Program-made: the position numbers and the translations under genes
Assembly: GCA_026023565.1 (NCBI GenBank)
Contig: JAPETS010000001.1
Location: forward strand, 248,001-312,000
DNA length: 64,000 bases
From: Cirrosporium novae-zelandiae
Lineage: Eukaryota
Direction: 5' to 3'
The notes under the pieces: generated by a model
Seen by the model: the letters and a program-made list of their open reading frames with translations, nothing else
What the model was told of the DNA's origin: nothing
The model's database searches: none
Part shown: positions 51,348 through 61,783 of the stretch, piece by piece
How the letters are laid out: every line of letters starts with the position of its first letter
Position numbering within the stretch: position 1 is the stretch's first letter

Positions 51348-54300
51348 ATGGAAGACAATCCTAGGTCTAGGCTTCCTCGCCCAACTTCAGCCATACCACG
51401 AATATCGAAACTCCCTCTTCCACGAGCCTCCGTTTCTCACTCAATCAGACCTTCACCTTCCCGTGAAAAGCTCAGAGCCGATCCTGGTCTGGACTACTCA
51501 AGACTACAGACCAAACCTTCGCAGGAAAGGCTCACCGTAGGCATCTCGACTTATTCCAATGACGGGCTTCGATCAGTAAGACGACTTTCAAGTTATAGCA
51601 ATATCTATTTAAAGAGTGACGATGAGGATGGAGTCTTCAAGAAGCCAGAGCCAAGGTCATCATCACGAATACGAGTACCTATGCGTCCTGTATCAAGACA
51701 GTCCCAGAATACCGAAGATGCCATCGATGAGGACTCGGAAGAGGTTAGCACAGCCTTGAAGCATATAGATGCAAATGGGACTGGTACAGCTCGAAGGAAG
51801 CCAAGGCCATCTCTATCAGACCGGACCATAGAGACGCTCTCACAAATTCCTCCCTCCCCCTCTCCAGGGAGACGGAAGTCTGGGTTCTTCCCCCCAGAAA
51901 GTCCAATGGGTCTACCGGGACGTCCAACTTCCTCTATGGGCAGCTCGAGGCCAAGCTCCAGTTCGGATAGGAGCCCAACGAGAATGAACGGATTTCAAAG
52001 GCCAGCATCACCTACAAAAAGATTGTTGGCGCCGGGAGCCTCCATGGGAAATTCTAGTTCTTCATCGATATCCAGACGGTCTTTCAGTATGGCTACTTCT
52101 AAAACGAGACTTTCTAAACCATCAGAAGCTGAAGAAGCATACGAACCCACGTCTTCTCCCAGCCAGCTGCAGTTTCAAGGCATCCCTCGGCCAACGAGTA
52201 GCCACAGTGCTACTACAGAGAAGGCTCTTCCATTACGAGGCAGCAAGACAATGACTGCCCGGGTGCCAAAACCACGGCCCTCCCTTAATGAGGCGTTTTC
52301 GAAGCCACCCCCAGTATCAGCGAGGAAATCACCCCCAGCATCAGCGAAGAAATCACCCACCAAGGAATCAAGTAAACCAGATACAAAGAAAGTATCACAC
52401 TCGTCGGCTACTCTTCGAGAGACGATCGCCAAGGCGAAGGCACTAAAGGCAGCCAAGGCTGCACGCGCACCCGTAGATCCCTTCGACTTTGAGTTTGCAG
52501 AAGATCCATTCAACACTTCAAAAGACAAGAACGATGGACTTCTGCGGAAAAAAATTGATACTGGTCGAACTACCGGCAGCCTCAATATTGCGGCTATGGG
52601 CCTTACCCAGATTCCTGATGAAGTCATGAATATGTACGAATTCGATTCGTCTCAGGATGCTGGAGCAGAATGGTACGAAAGCGTAGATCTAGTCAAGTTC
52701 ATTGCTGCCGATAATGAGATCCAGGAAATCAGAGAAGATGCATTCCCTGACACCGATCCAAAGGAAGACTTCATGCAAAATGAGGATAGTAAAGGCAACC
52801 AGTTTGGTGGCTTAGAGACATTGGACCTCCACGGGAACAAACTTAATTCCCTACCACTAGGACTCCGACGCCTAGAACACTTAACAGTGCTAAACCTCTC
52901 CAACAATAAAGTAGGGGGTGCCTTAGATATAATATTTCAGATTAAAAGCCTAAAAGATCTAAGACTGGGTAATAATGAATTAGAGGGATGCTTACCAGAG
53001 CAGATTGGCCAACTTCACCATCTCGAGGTTCTCGACCTACGCAATAACATGCTATCTGAACTTCCCCAGAATTTGGTCGAGTTAGTGAATTTGCGCGTTC
53101 TCCAGCTTTCCCAGAACCAGCTATCAAGGATCCCAATCGGAGGTTTGATGCAATCCTCTTTGACTGAGCTATCGGCATCACGAAATAAATTGAGTGGTTC
53201 ACTGATACCCAGTAATGTGCAATTGCCCAAATTACAACAGCTTGATATATGCACCAACATGCTATCACGTTTATCTGAAGATGATATGCTGGAACTTCCT
53301 TCGCTCCAGCGGCTGCTAATCAGTGAGAATCGGCTTACTGTATTACCAGATATGTCATCGTGGGAAAAACTTCTCACAATCATTGCTCGGGATAATAACA
53401 TCGCAAAATTCCCTGAGGGCTTACTCATACTTCCGATCGTGAAGAATATTGATTTCACGGGCAATGACTTGTCCAAATTGGACGAGCGGATATGTTTAAT
53501 GGAAAGCTTAACAAACTTGGATATCGGAAATAATCCTCTCCGAGAGCGGAAGTTTTTGTCTATGGGTACAGAAGAAATAAAGTCAGCCCTCCGCCAACGT
53601 CTGCAGCCTGAGGAGACAGATGAGTTCGAAACAGCACGAGAAGGTTCAGACTCATCAACAAGTCGACCTTGGACTCCAGAGACGACTTCAGTTTGGCCCA
53701 TCAAACCCGGTGGTTTACTTGACCTATCATCCACAAAACTTGAGGAATTAGATGCAGACCAGCTTCAAATTGTAGCAGCGAAACAGGACATACGAAGCAT
53801 TGATTTACGCCAGAACCTTATTAAATTCATTCCAGCTCCACTAACCATGTTAGTGGACTCGCTAGTAACCCTCAACCTGTCACATAACAGTTTGACCGGA
53901 GAGGAATACTTTCTATCGCCGCTATCACTAAATCGCCTCAAAACTCTTGCTATATCTTCAAATGCAATTACATCTCTTGGACCTCTCCTCGAACAATTAA
54001 CGGCCCCCTTACTTGAGCACCTTGATGTATCCTGTAATCGACTGACAGAGCTACCGTTGCTCCGTCCGTCATTTCCAGCAATTTCAACTGTTATAGCATC
54101 TGATAATGCTATTGAGGAACTAGACGTGGAAGCAGTTCGAGGACTCAAGGTCTTAGATATGAGCAGAAATAGCATCGGCCATCTTCCACCAAAGCTAGGG
54201 TTGTTTGAGAGGGAACTGAAGAGTTTTGAGGTAATGGGGAACTTGTTCAAGGTTCCGCGGTATAATATTTTGGAAAAAGGCACCGAGGCTACTCTAGCCT

Positions 54301-54350
54301 GGCTCAAGGACAAGATCCCCCTTGATGAAAGGGAGGAAACAGACTACTAG
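51348..54350 (+). CDS. Leucine-rich repeat protein with disordered S/P/R-rich N-terminus
   Basis: 1000-aa single exon; many LxxLxLxxNxL repeats (LETLDLHGNKL, LTVLNLSNNKV, LEVLDLRNNML). Confidence 0.92.
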   Translation: MEDNPRSRLPRPTSAIPRISKLPLPRASVSHSIRPSPSREKLRADPGLDYSRLQTKPSQERLTVGISTYSNDGLRSVRRLSSYSNIYLKSDDEDGVFKKPEPRSSSRIRVPMRPVSRQSQNTEDAIDEDSEEVSTALKHIDANGTGTARRKPRPSLSDRTIETLSQIPPSPSPGRRKSGFFPPESPMGLPGRPTSSMGSSRPSSSSDRSPTRMNGFQRPASPTKRLLAPGASMGNSSSSSISRRSFSMATSKTRLSKPSEAEEAYEPTSSPSQLQFQGIPRPTSSHSATTEKALPLRGSKTMTARVPKPRPSLNEAFSKPPPVSARKSPPASAKKSPTKESSKPDTKKVSHSSATLRETIAKAKALKAAKAARAPVDPFDFEFAEDPFNTSKDKNDGLLRKKIDTGRTTGSLNIAAMGLTQIPDEVMNMYEFDSSQDAGAEWYESVDLVKFIAADNEIQEIREDAFPDTDPKEDFMQNEDSKGNQFGGLETLDLHGNKLNSLPLGLRRLEHLTVLNLSNNKVGGALDIIFQIKSLKDLRLGNNELEGCLPEQIGQLHHLEVLDLRNNMLSELPQNLVELVNLRVLQLSQNQLSRIPIGGLMQSSLTELSASRNKLSGSLIPSNVQLPKLQQLDICTNMLSRLSEDDMLELPSLQRLLISENRLTVLPDMSSWEKLLTIIARDNNIAKFPEGLLILPIVKNIDFTGNDLSKLDERICLMESLTNLDIGNNPLRERKFLSMGTEEIKSALRQRLQPEETDEFETAREGSDSSTSRPWTPETTSVWPIKPGGLLDLSSTKLEELDADQLQIVAAKQDIRSIDLRQNLIKFIPAPLTMLVDSLVTLNLSHNSLTGEEYFLSPLSLNRLKTLAISSNAITSLGPLLEQLTAPLLEHLDVSCNRLTELPLLRPSFPAISTVIASDNAIEELDVEAVRGLKVLDMSRNSIGHLPPKLGLFERELKSFEVMGNLFKVPRYNILEKGTEATLAWLKDKIPLDEREETDY

Positions 54351-54400
54351 GGAAAAAAACTAGGTACCATGGGGAGGGCGTCGTTCGAGTTCCATTCTTT

Positions 54401-55468
54401 TTATTTTGTTGTACCAATATTTAATTCGCCCAACTTTTTTGTCGCATTTTCTATTGCATCTCCCTTGTTTCTTGTTCTGCAGGGTAATTGAGCAAGGCGT
54501 CCATGCAGTTGTTTCGACCAAGATGTGTATTCGTCGTCTTTTCCTTCCCAATTTGGCTGCATGAGAAGTATCGTAGCAATCGCTGTAGTACGACATGAAT
54601 CCACGAAATCCTGTGCCTCCTGACCTCTGAGGTCGTAGAATGCTCCCGCTGCCTCATCTATTAGGTCTGGAATCTGCGCAAGCTTCTCGACCAATTCGTC
54701 CAGCCTCGTTACATTAATTGTTGATTCCTCCGGTGGATTAGATGTTGGATAGCGTTTCAGCCGACGTTTGATTGTAGCGGGGAATAGAAGCTTGACATTA
54801 TTCAGAACTTTTAAGCACTCATCTAGTTGTGCCTTCAACTCAACCTCATCTTTTGGTATCGAGTCCCCGCCGAAGATTGGATCATCATCCTCATTGTCTT
54901 CCTCGCCACTTGCCCATGTTTCAAGCTCCTCAATGGCATCTTTGACAAGGTCCCTATACTGCTCGGCCTTTTTCACTACTACGCCAGCAATTCCTCCTGT
55001 CTTAAGCTCGATCAAGGCATCGCATGATTCCCAGACAACTCCAGTAGATGATAGTGTATCCCTCCCTGTCGTTTTCTGTGTAGCTCGGCCATTTAGGGGA
55101 ATTTCGGATAATAAAGTGGACATTTCCCTAAATGTCCTCCTCACTCTCGATATCATCTCCTTCTGCAGAACTTTAGAATACTGCTCCGGCCTATACAGTT
55201 CGACAGAACTCATCATCGCAGGAAGGCATGATGTTGATACTGCCTTAAGTATATAGGTGATTTCTTTGGGGGAGAAAGGCTTGTTAAGCATAAGGAGAGA
55301 TAGCTTTGTTGTTTGTGCCTTGAGAAGCTTGGCCGAATCGGAGAGTACATCGAGAGGACTTGGATGATTCCCGATGGCTTGGATGGAAGGGGGCTGCGAA
55401 GAGAGAGAAGAGTCAAACTGGCGTAGAAGAGCTAAAACCGAAGTCACTGTAGTCTCAAGGTCCTCCAT
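54401..55468 (-). CDS. Helical protein, probably GCIP/cyclin-D1-binding family
   Basis: 355-aa ORF with TKLSLL, STGVVWESCD and LVKDAIEELETW, motifs I associate with this family. Confidence 0.7.
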   Translation of the reverse strand: MEDLETTVTSVLALLRQFDSSLSSQPPSIQAIGNHPSPLDVLSDSAKLLKAQTTKLSLLMLNKPFSPKEITYILKAVSTSCLPAMMSSVELYRPEQYSKVLQKEMISRVRRTFREMSTLLSEIPLNGRATQKTTGRDTLSSTGVVWESCDALIELKTGGIAGVVVKKAEQYRDLVKDAIEELETWASGEEDNEDDDPIFGGDSIPKDEVELKAQLDECLKVLNNVKLLFPATIKRRLKRYPTSNPPEESTINVTRLDELVEKLAQIPDLIDEAAGAFYDLRGQEAQDFVDSCRTTAIATILLMQPNWEGKDDEYTSWSKQLHGRLAQLPCRTRNKGDAIENATKKLGELNIGTTK

Positions 55469-55736
55469 GATATCAAGTTTGATAATTTGATATTACAGTA
55501 ATCTCGACTTCAAAATAGATAATTGCTGCGGGCAAAAAGTGTGTGAAAGTTTATACTTCCTTCTCGGCCGAAGGACGGGGTTTACGTAGTAGCGGAATAT
55601 ATCCGTTGCCAAAATGCCGTGTTACTGTTATCGATTGTATGCGATAGCCCTCTAATTAAACCACCTTCAAAAATATCAGTGCTTCATTCACTATGCATTA
55701 CTGATACTCCACCCAACAGATATATCCTATTACGAA

Positions 55737-57295
55737 ATGCCTAAAAGAAAACAAGCCAAAGAAGAGCCAGCTCTCTCCTCGACGACCCTTGTCATCGATA
55801 ATGGCGCATATACAATGAAAGCTGGGTTTGCAAATCCAGAACCGGACACGGAAAAGGATTGCCACATTATCCCAAACTGCTTAGCACGAGGGAAAAACAG
55901 GCATGTGTGGATCGGAGCTCAACTAGAAAAATGCAATGATTTCTCAGAGATGGTATTTCGGAGGCCTGTTGAGAAAGGATTTATGGTTAACTGGGAAGCT
56001 GAGAAAGTAATTTGGGATAATAGCTTCTTTGAGAAAAATGCAAAGCTACATGTCAGGTTTTTGAATCTATTAATTGAGTATATGTTAAAGTTGCTTATAG
56101 TGCAATCCCCGAGAGACCAATCTGATTCTTACTGAGACTCCCAACACTCCTCAAGTCTTGCAGACGAATTGCGATCAGATAATTTTCGAGGACTTCGAAT
56201 TTAATGCATATTATCGATGTATAGGTTGGTAGGTTTGCAACTGCATACCCATCGTTCGTCCTAACTCATATCTCTTCAGCCCCTTCTCTCAATGCGTATA
56301 ATGACTTTCGAGCTATCTTTGGTGATCCACTAGAGCCCAAAGATACCAACGAATTTTCCACCGAATGCATGCTTGTCATTGATTCCGGATATTCTCATAG
56401 TACAGTTACTCCGATTTTCAAGGGTCAGCCATTTCAATCGGCAATTCGACGTCTTGATATTGGTGGCAAGTTTTTAACAAACTATCTTAAAGATATCATC
56501 TCGGTCCGATCATACAACTTGATTGATGATACATATATTGTGAATAACATTAAAGAGGCTGCTTCCTTTGCCAGTGATGACTTCAAAAGTGACCTAGAGC
56601 GCACGTGGAAAGGGGGGGTGAAGAACAAGAAAGACTCGGAACAGGATAGCCTGCTAGTCGACTATGTGCTTCCAGACTACACTTCACACAAGCATGGCTT
56701 TATGAAACCCCACGAACCATTGTCGAAATTGAAGCAGAGGGAGGCTGCTGCTGGGCTAATGGATATTGATGAGTATAGCGTGACCCTTGGCAACGAGAGG
56801 TTCACCGGCCCAGAACTTTTATTTAATCCTAGCGATGTAGGAATGAAGCAAGCTGGGCTACCTGAACTTGTTTTCCAGTCGCTGTCTAAACTGCATCCTG
56901 GTTTGTGGCCTGCAATGCTATCAAACGTTGTTGTGGTGGGTGGGAATTCGAATATAAAAGGGTTCAAAGAACGATTGTGAGTACATCGGACTACAATGAT
57001 TATTTCAAAAAAGTCTATTAGACTTATTATAATATTCAGGGAAACGGAAATCAGACAGCTCGCGCCAGCCGAGTGCATGGTCAGGGTCATCAAGGCCCCT
57101 GAGTAAGTTTGATGATTATTTTCATGTTTATAGATGATGCTAATAACTTCTAGCCCAACCCGTTCTATATGGTTAGGTGGAGTGAGACTTGCCAACAACC
57201 CCACTGCGCTCAAAAACGTCATAGTGACCCGAGAGGAATATCAAGAATACGGGGCTGGATGGTTAGCGAGGAAATTTCGCGGAGAAATAGATTGA
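55737..57295 (+). CDS. ARP6: Actin-related protein 6 (SWR1 complex), 5 exons
   Basis: LVIDNGAYTMKAG, FRRPVEKG, VIDSGYSHS, DYVLPDY, LGNERFTGPELLFNPSD, WLGG, VTREEYQEYG. Confidence 0.94.
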
Positions 57296-57822
57296 GAGGT
57301 AACTTGGATCGAGATGCACTAGCTGGTAGCATACACATCCCATCCTAGTTGATCATGATATTAATCTACAGGCACTGGGTAAATATATGACAGCTGACTC
57401 TCGAGCCGCTTGGTTAATTGAAGGGGAATATCCCCGTAACTTCAAGCCCTCTTAGCTAAAGTAACTGCCGTATTCAACTCGTGTTTACTTTGCATCAGCC
57501 CCAAAGGAATAATGAGAGCATGGTATTGAAGAATTAGGAAAGTCTTGCGGACTATCTACGCTAGTTGGGTATTTAAATTTTTTTTCCATCCCTTAGTAGG
57601 CTAATTAAGCGTCCAAGCGCTTTTCCTTGCCTCTAAACGTGTTATAGTTATCTCAAACGTGCAACAGGCGACACACTACAAGTGTCAAAATAAACATTGT
57701 TAGATCTTGTTCCTGCAGACATTACTAACAAAAAGGAGCCCTTACCAGATGTTCTAACATATGCTTATTATTTCGGAGATGCTGTGCATATCCGAATCAT
57801 AACTCATGTACTCTAAATGTTA

Positions 57823-58814
57823 CTAATGCATCTCTCCCTTTTCTTTCTTTTCCTTCGCCTCCGCTTTGCCCATTCTCTCCCCAAAGATACTACTTCCCAC
57901 CCTTACTTCATCACTCCCCATGGCCACCGCTCCCTCGAAATCACCACTCATTCCCATGCTCAGCTCCAACTCTCTTCCAGCCAATTTCTCCCCCAATTCC
58001 TTTGTGACCTTGTCTTTGACCTCCTTCAAGCACATGAAATCTTCATTCATATGTTCCGGGCTCGTAGCCTGGGACCTTGCTATCGCACCAATCGTCATGA
58101 GGCCTTGAAGGTGAAGATGCGGACATGATGTAATAATATGATTGCAAATGGCGGTGGTTTCATTTGGCTCGACCCCCGACTTTGACTCTTCTCCACTTGT
58201 GTTCACCTGCACAAAAACCCTCAATTTCTTTCCGCCTTCTCCCTCACCACTTTCTATCAAGCTCTTTTTCTCCTCTTGGTTTCCATTTTTCTCTAGTTCT
58301 TCCACCAAAGCAGTTCGTCCCTTCTCAAGCAAATTTGCTTTCTTGATTGAGTCTAAGCTCTCTACAGCCCAAAGGTTAGGTATCGATTTTGCAAGAGGCT
58401 GGCATTTGTTGGATTGAAGAGCACCAATGAAGTGCCAGTGAATAGAGCGGGGAAGAATTGACGACTTGTGGAGGATTTCTGGGAGGTAGTTCTCGCCAAA
58501 GTGTGAGTGGGGAGGATATGAAAGGGTGGGGGGTTGGTGGAGGGAGAGGATATCAGAGGCAGGTTTCAGCTTCGATACAGCTATAAGGCGGACCTCGAAA
58601 AATATATGTTAGCTTTCTATAGAAATACTTCAATTGCTTTCTCTAGACAAGAGCATCGCAAAGCGCAACAGTCATGGCGGGGCAAACATACAGTTTTCCC
58701 TGCTGGACTAACTGCCTTGATACGCGCAGCGGTTTCAGCGAGGTTCTCCAGCAAGTGCCCCGCTCGCTGGAGATTTATTTGCATTTCATTTGGTTGGGCT
58801 TCTGAGGACGACAT
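57823..58814 (-). CDS. Pyridoxal phosphate homeostasis protein (YggS/PLPBP family), 2 exons
   Basis: VRLIAVSKLKP (PLP lysine), HFGENY, WHFIGALQSNK, VQVNTSGEESKSG, GLMTIG, LSMGMSGD, VRVGSSIFG; intron 58594-58691. Confidence 0.95.
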
Positions 58815-59419
58815 TTTTTCGCAGATATCAAAAGTGACAAGAATGAATGATGATACATCGGATACGGCCCCTCCCGCCAGTTACGCCATATACCCTCGGT
58901 GTTCGGATACAAAGATGAACTTGTCTAACTCAATTGAGAATGACAGTGGAGAAAAGAATAACCGACTAATAAGGGTATCCAAGACAGATAGACTCTAATC
59001 CTCCAATCCCGTTCATCAGTTCCGCTTCAACTCACTGTCCTTCTCCCTCCTCAATTTTTCATGCTTGTCCATCTAATGAACTCTGGGCCCTATCTTGTGC
59101 TTGGAATTTGGCCGAACTTCTCCACAGTCCTAGGACCCTCGGGCTATATTAATTAAGCTCTAGAAGACGACATGGATAGGACTCCTCCACCTAATTGTAT
59201 TTGATGGAGAAATCCGGAATCCCCCGCCTCATATGGCCGGCGTTTCTCAACGCGCATTTATTTCTATGCAGTTGAGACCGGGGCCCATAACTATGAGACA
59301 TATGATATAGCCCTGATATAAGAAGTTGTCTTTTCCCGGAATTTATTGACCACATCAAAAACTGATAGAAAAATCTCCACTCTACCCCTAATTTTTATTT
59401 ACAGCTCTCAACCATTATC

Positions 59420-60181
59420 ATGCCTTTAGGTCGCCGCCTCCTCGTTACCGCCGCCGTTATACTACCCCCCTCTTATTATGTTGCCCACACGGCAAATCGA
59501 CTCGAATCCACATACCCACCTCTTCCTCCTGAAAGAACCACGACTGCTCTTACCCGAATCCCTGCCTATCCGTCCACCCAGCAACTCCACAACGTAGACG
59601 TTTACGGCGCGCGGGTACCACTTCAAGCCCTCCGTCACATCTCACAGGCCAGGGAAAAGGAGTCGATAGAGGAAACATGGGGTCACGCATTCTTCTCTGG
59701 GCCTTCTATAGCACTGGAAGGCCGATTACTCGGCCTCGGTCGCATGCCCGAACTTGGAGAAGATGGCTTTCAAGAAGGCCAAATTTTATTAAATGGTGGT
59801 TTCAAAGTCATCCGTGCTCCATCATCAGGACACCCTCTGCTCCTCAAATGGGACATGCCTCCAGGACCGCGAAAGTTTTTCGAGATGATAGGGAGGTGGG
59901 GGTATCCATGGAGACTTATGAGCGGGGGCCGTCATGAATTGAGTGTTGGACCCGTAGACGAGAAAGGGATGGTGGAGGTGAGGTTCGCAAGTGCTCATGA
60001 TTATGAAACTGTCAAAGAAGAAGGGGGGGCGCAGAAGAGGATACCAAAATGGGTGGACAGGGCCCATAGATTATTTGCGAGATGGTTACTTGACGAGTTC
60101 GTAAGAAAAGCGAAGGCACAGGCTCAAAATGAAAGATGGAAAGCTCGACAAGCCTGGCCTAGTGAGGGCCCCAACCCGTGA
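59420..60181 (+). CDS. Hypothetical protein, possibly mitochondrial or signal-anchored
   Basis: 253-aa ORF in good start context; basic then hydrophobic N-terminus; globular-looking body. Family not identified. Confidence 0.75.
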   Translation: MPLGRRLLVTAAVILPPSYYVAHTANRLESTYPPLPPERTTTALTRIPAYPSTQQLHNVDVYGARVPLQALRHISQAREKESIEETWGHAFFSGPSIALEGRLLGLGRMPELGEDGFQEGQILLNGGFKVIRAPSSGHPLLLKWDMPPGPRKFFEMIGRWGYPWRLMSGGRHELSVGPVDEKGMVEVRFASAHDYETVKEEGGAQKRIPKWVDRAHRLFARWLLDEFVRKAKAQAQNERWKARQAWPSEGPNP

Positions 60182-61372
60182 TTTAGGAGCAATTGAAGAT
60201 GTTCGTTTATTTAGCTGTGATTCTACCTGGAGTTTGAAGGCTCAATTTCTCAGGTGGGAGGCACATGACATTATATTAAAATTCGATGCCTTTGCTATAA
60301 CAAAGCGAGCATCATATCCCTCTTCATCGCAGATATGGTGGTATGACCTAAAATGCGAACTTGGTTAGGTGATAAATAATCATTTCAGGAGAAACGATCG
60401 GATTTTTTTTCTATTGATCTAATCCTTATCCTTCCATATAAGGTTGAATCACCGGCGTCATACAACTTCAAAAAAGCAACGCTATTACATATTGTTATTG
60501 CTTTTTTTTTACTGATCGCCATAAAAATAACTGATCACAATTTGTCGACAGGCTTGAAAAATAAGCCTCTGATTTCTGGGACCATTGATTGCATATTTCT
60601 AGAGTCTGCGATTTCGCTCTTGTTATGTGGTACCAGATAAGCATCATCTTATCATCCAGAAAGGAAGCATCAGAGACCGAAAGTTATGATACTACAACAA
60701 AGGGTACGAAGTGGGATCTTCAGTGCCACAGAATATTTGTAGAAAGAGTAGGAAACACCCTCAAAAAATAATGCGCAATGTACCATGTATTACCGTTCAA
60801 GAGGTTTGGATTTTCTACACCAGGATTTGCTTTTCATGCTGTAGCTAAGCCGATGCAGGGACGCAACCTGTCACACGGATGAAAGTCATATGCCAACCCC
60901 TTAAATCACTTCAGTCACTCCAATTACCCACGTGCCTCTAAACATGCACGAGATTTTTCCATCCATCCATCCATGGCCAGAGCTTCCTAGGAACTATTCG
61001 ATGCTGCAATGTCTTCTGGAGAGATACTGGTCTATTGTGGTCGAATGCATATTGCTTCTTTTTCCGTTTCTGTGAGGTATTGTTATTGTTTTTGACGAGC
61101 AGCAGCATCGAGATGCACTTGCAGAACAATATTGATTTGTACATGTACATACTTTAGGACAGCCATGAACTCTCTTGATGGTCATCCTCCTCACGAGCGG
61201 TACGAGGTACAGGACCTTGGCAGAATCAAAGACAAGTATATTAACTCGCAAAGGTTTCCTAGCTGAGCATTATTTTATTCCTCAGAGAGGTGTCAGTCCA
61301 ATTCAAAGCATCAGACAAACAAAATTATTAAAGCCTACATACCGCGCTCATCTAATTATCACCGTCATCATC

Positions 61373-61783
61373 ATGAAGTTCTCAATCATCATCTCCATCC
61401 TTTCAACCCTCTCCTTGTCCCTTGCCGTTCCCATATACCCAACGGTTGGCTTCGCGACCCTCTCCCTCCAAAGCGTCACCGGCTGGATCAACGCTTCCAT
61501 CCCTATCCACAACCTAACAGTATACCCGCCATCATACCCACTCGAGCTCTGGGGAGCGCGGCTGAACTCCGTCACAGGCGGCGACCTCGCTCCCAATGCT
61601 ACCTACTGCCAATGCTTCACCGATGCTGCTGGACAGTATGCCTGGGGCGGCTCCTTCGGATTGGGACAGTATATTTCTTGGTCGAACTTTTCGGATACCT
61701 ATGGCCCTGCGTCTGTTGCGGCGTATTTGTGTGGATCAAGTGTGGAGATTCAAGCTTGGCTTGGCGATCGATATCGAAAATAA
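61373..61783 (+). CDS. Small secreted protein, 136 aa
   Basis: MKFSIIISILSTLSLSLA-VP signal peptide at ATG 61373, four N-glycosylation sequons, YCQCF...G...F and YLC cysteines. Confidence 0.82.
   Translation: MKFSIIISILSTLSLSLAVPIYPTVGFATLSLQSVTGWINASIPIHNLTVYPPSYPLELWGARLNSVTGGDLAPNATYCQCFTDAAGQYAWGGSFGLGQYISWSNFSDTYGPASVAAYLCGSSVEIQAWLGDRYRK

Noticed and set aside
51605..54313. Several long antisense ORFs opposite the LRR gene (and similar ones opposite other genes)
   Set aside because: Shadow frames produced by codon bias of the real genes; no recognisable products.
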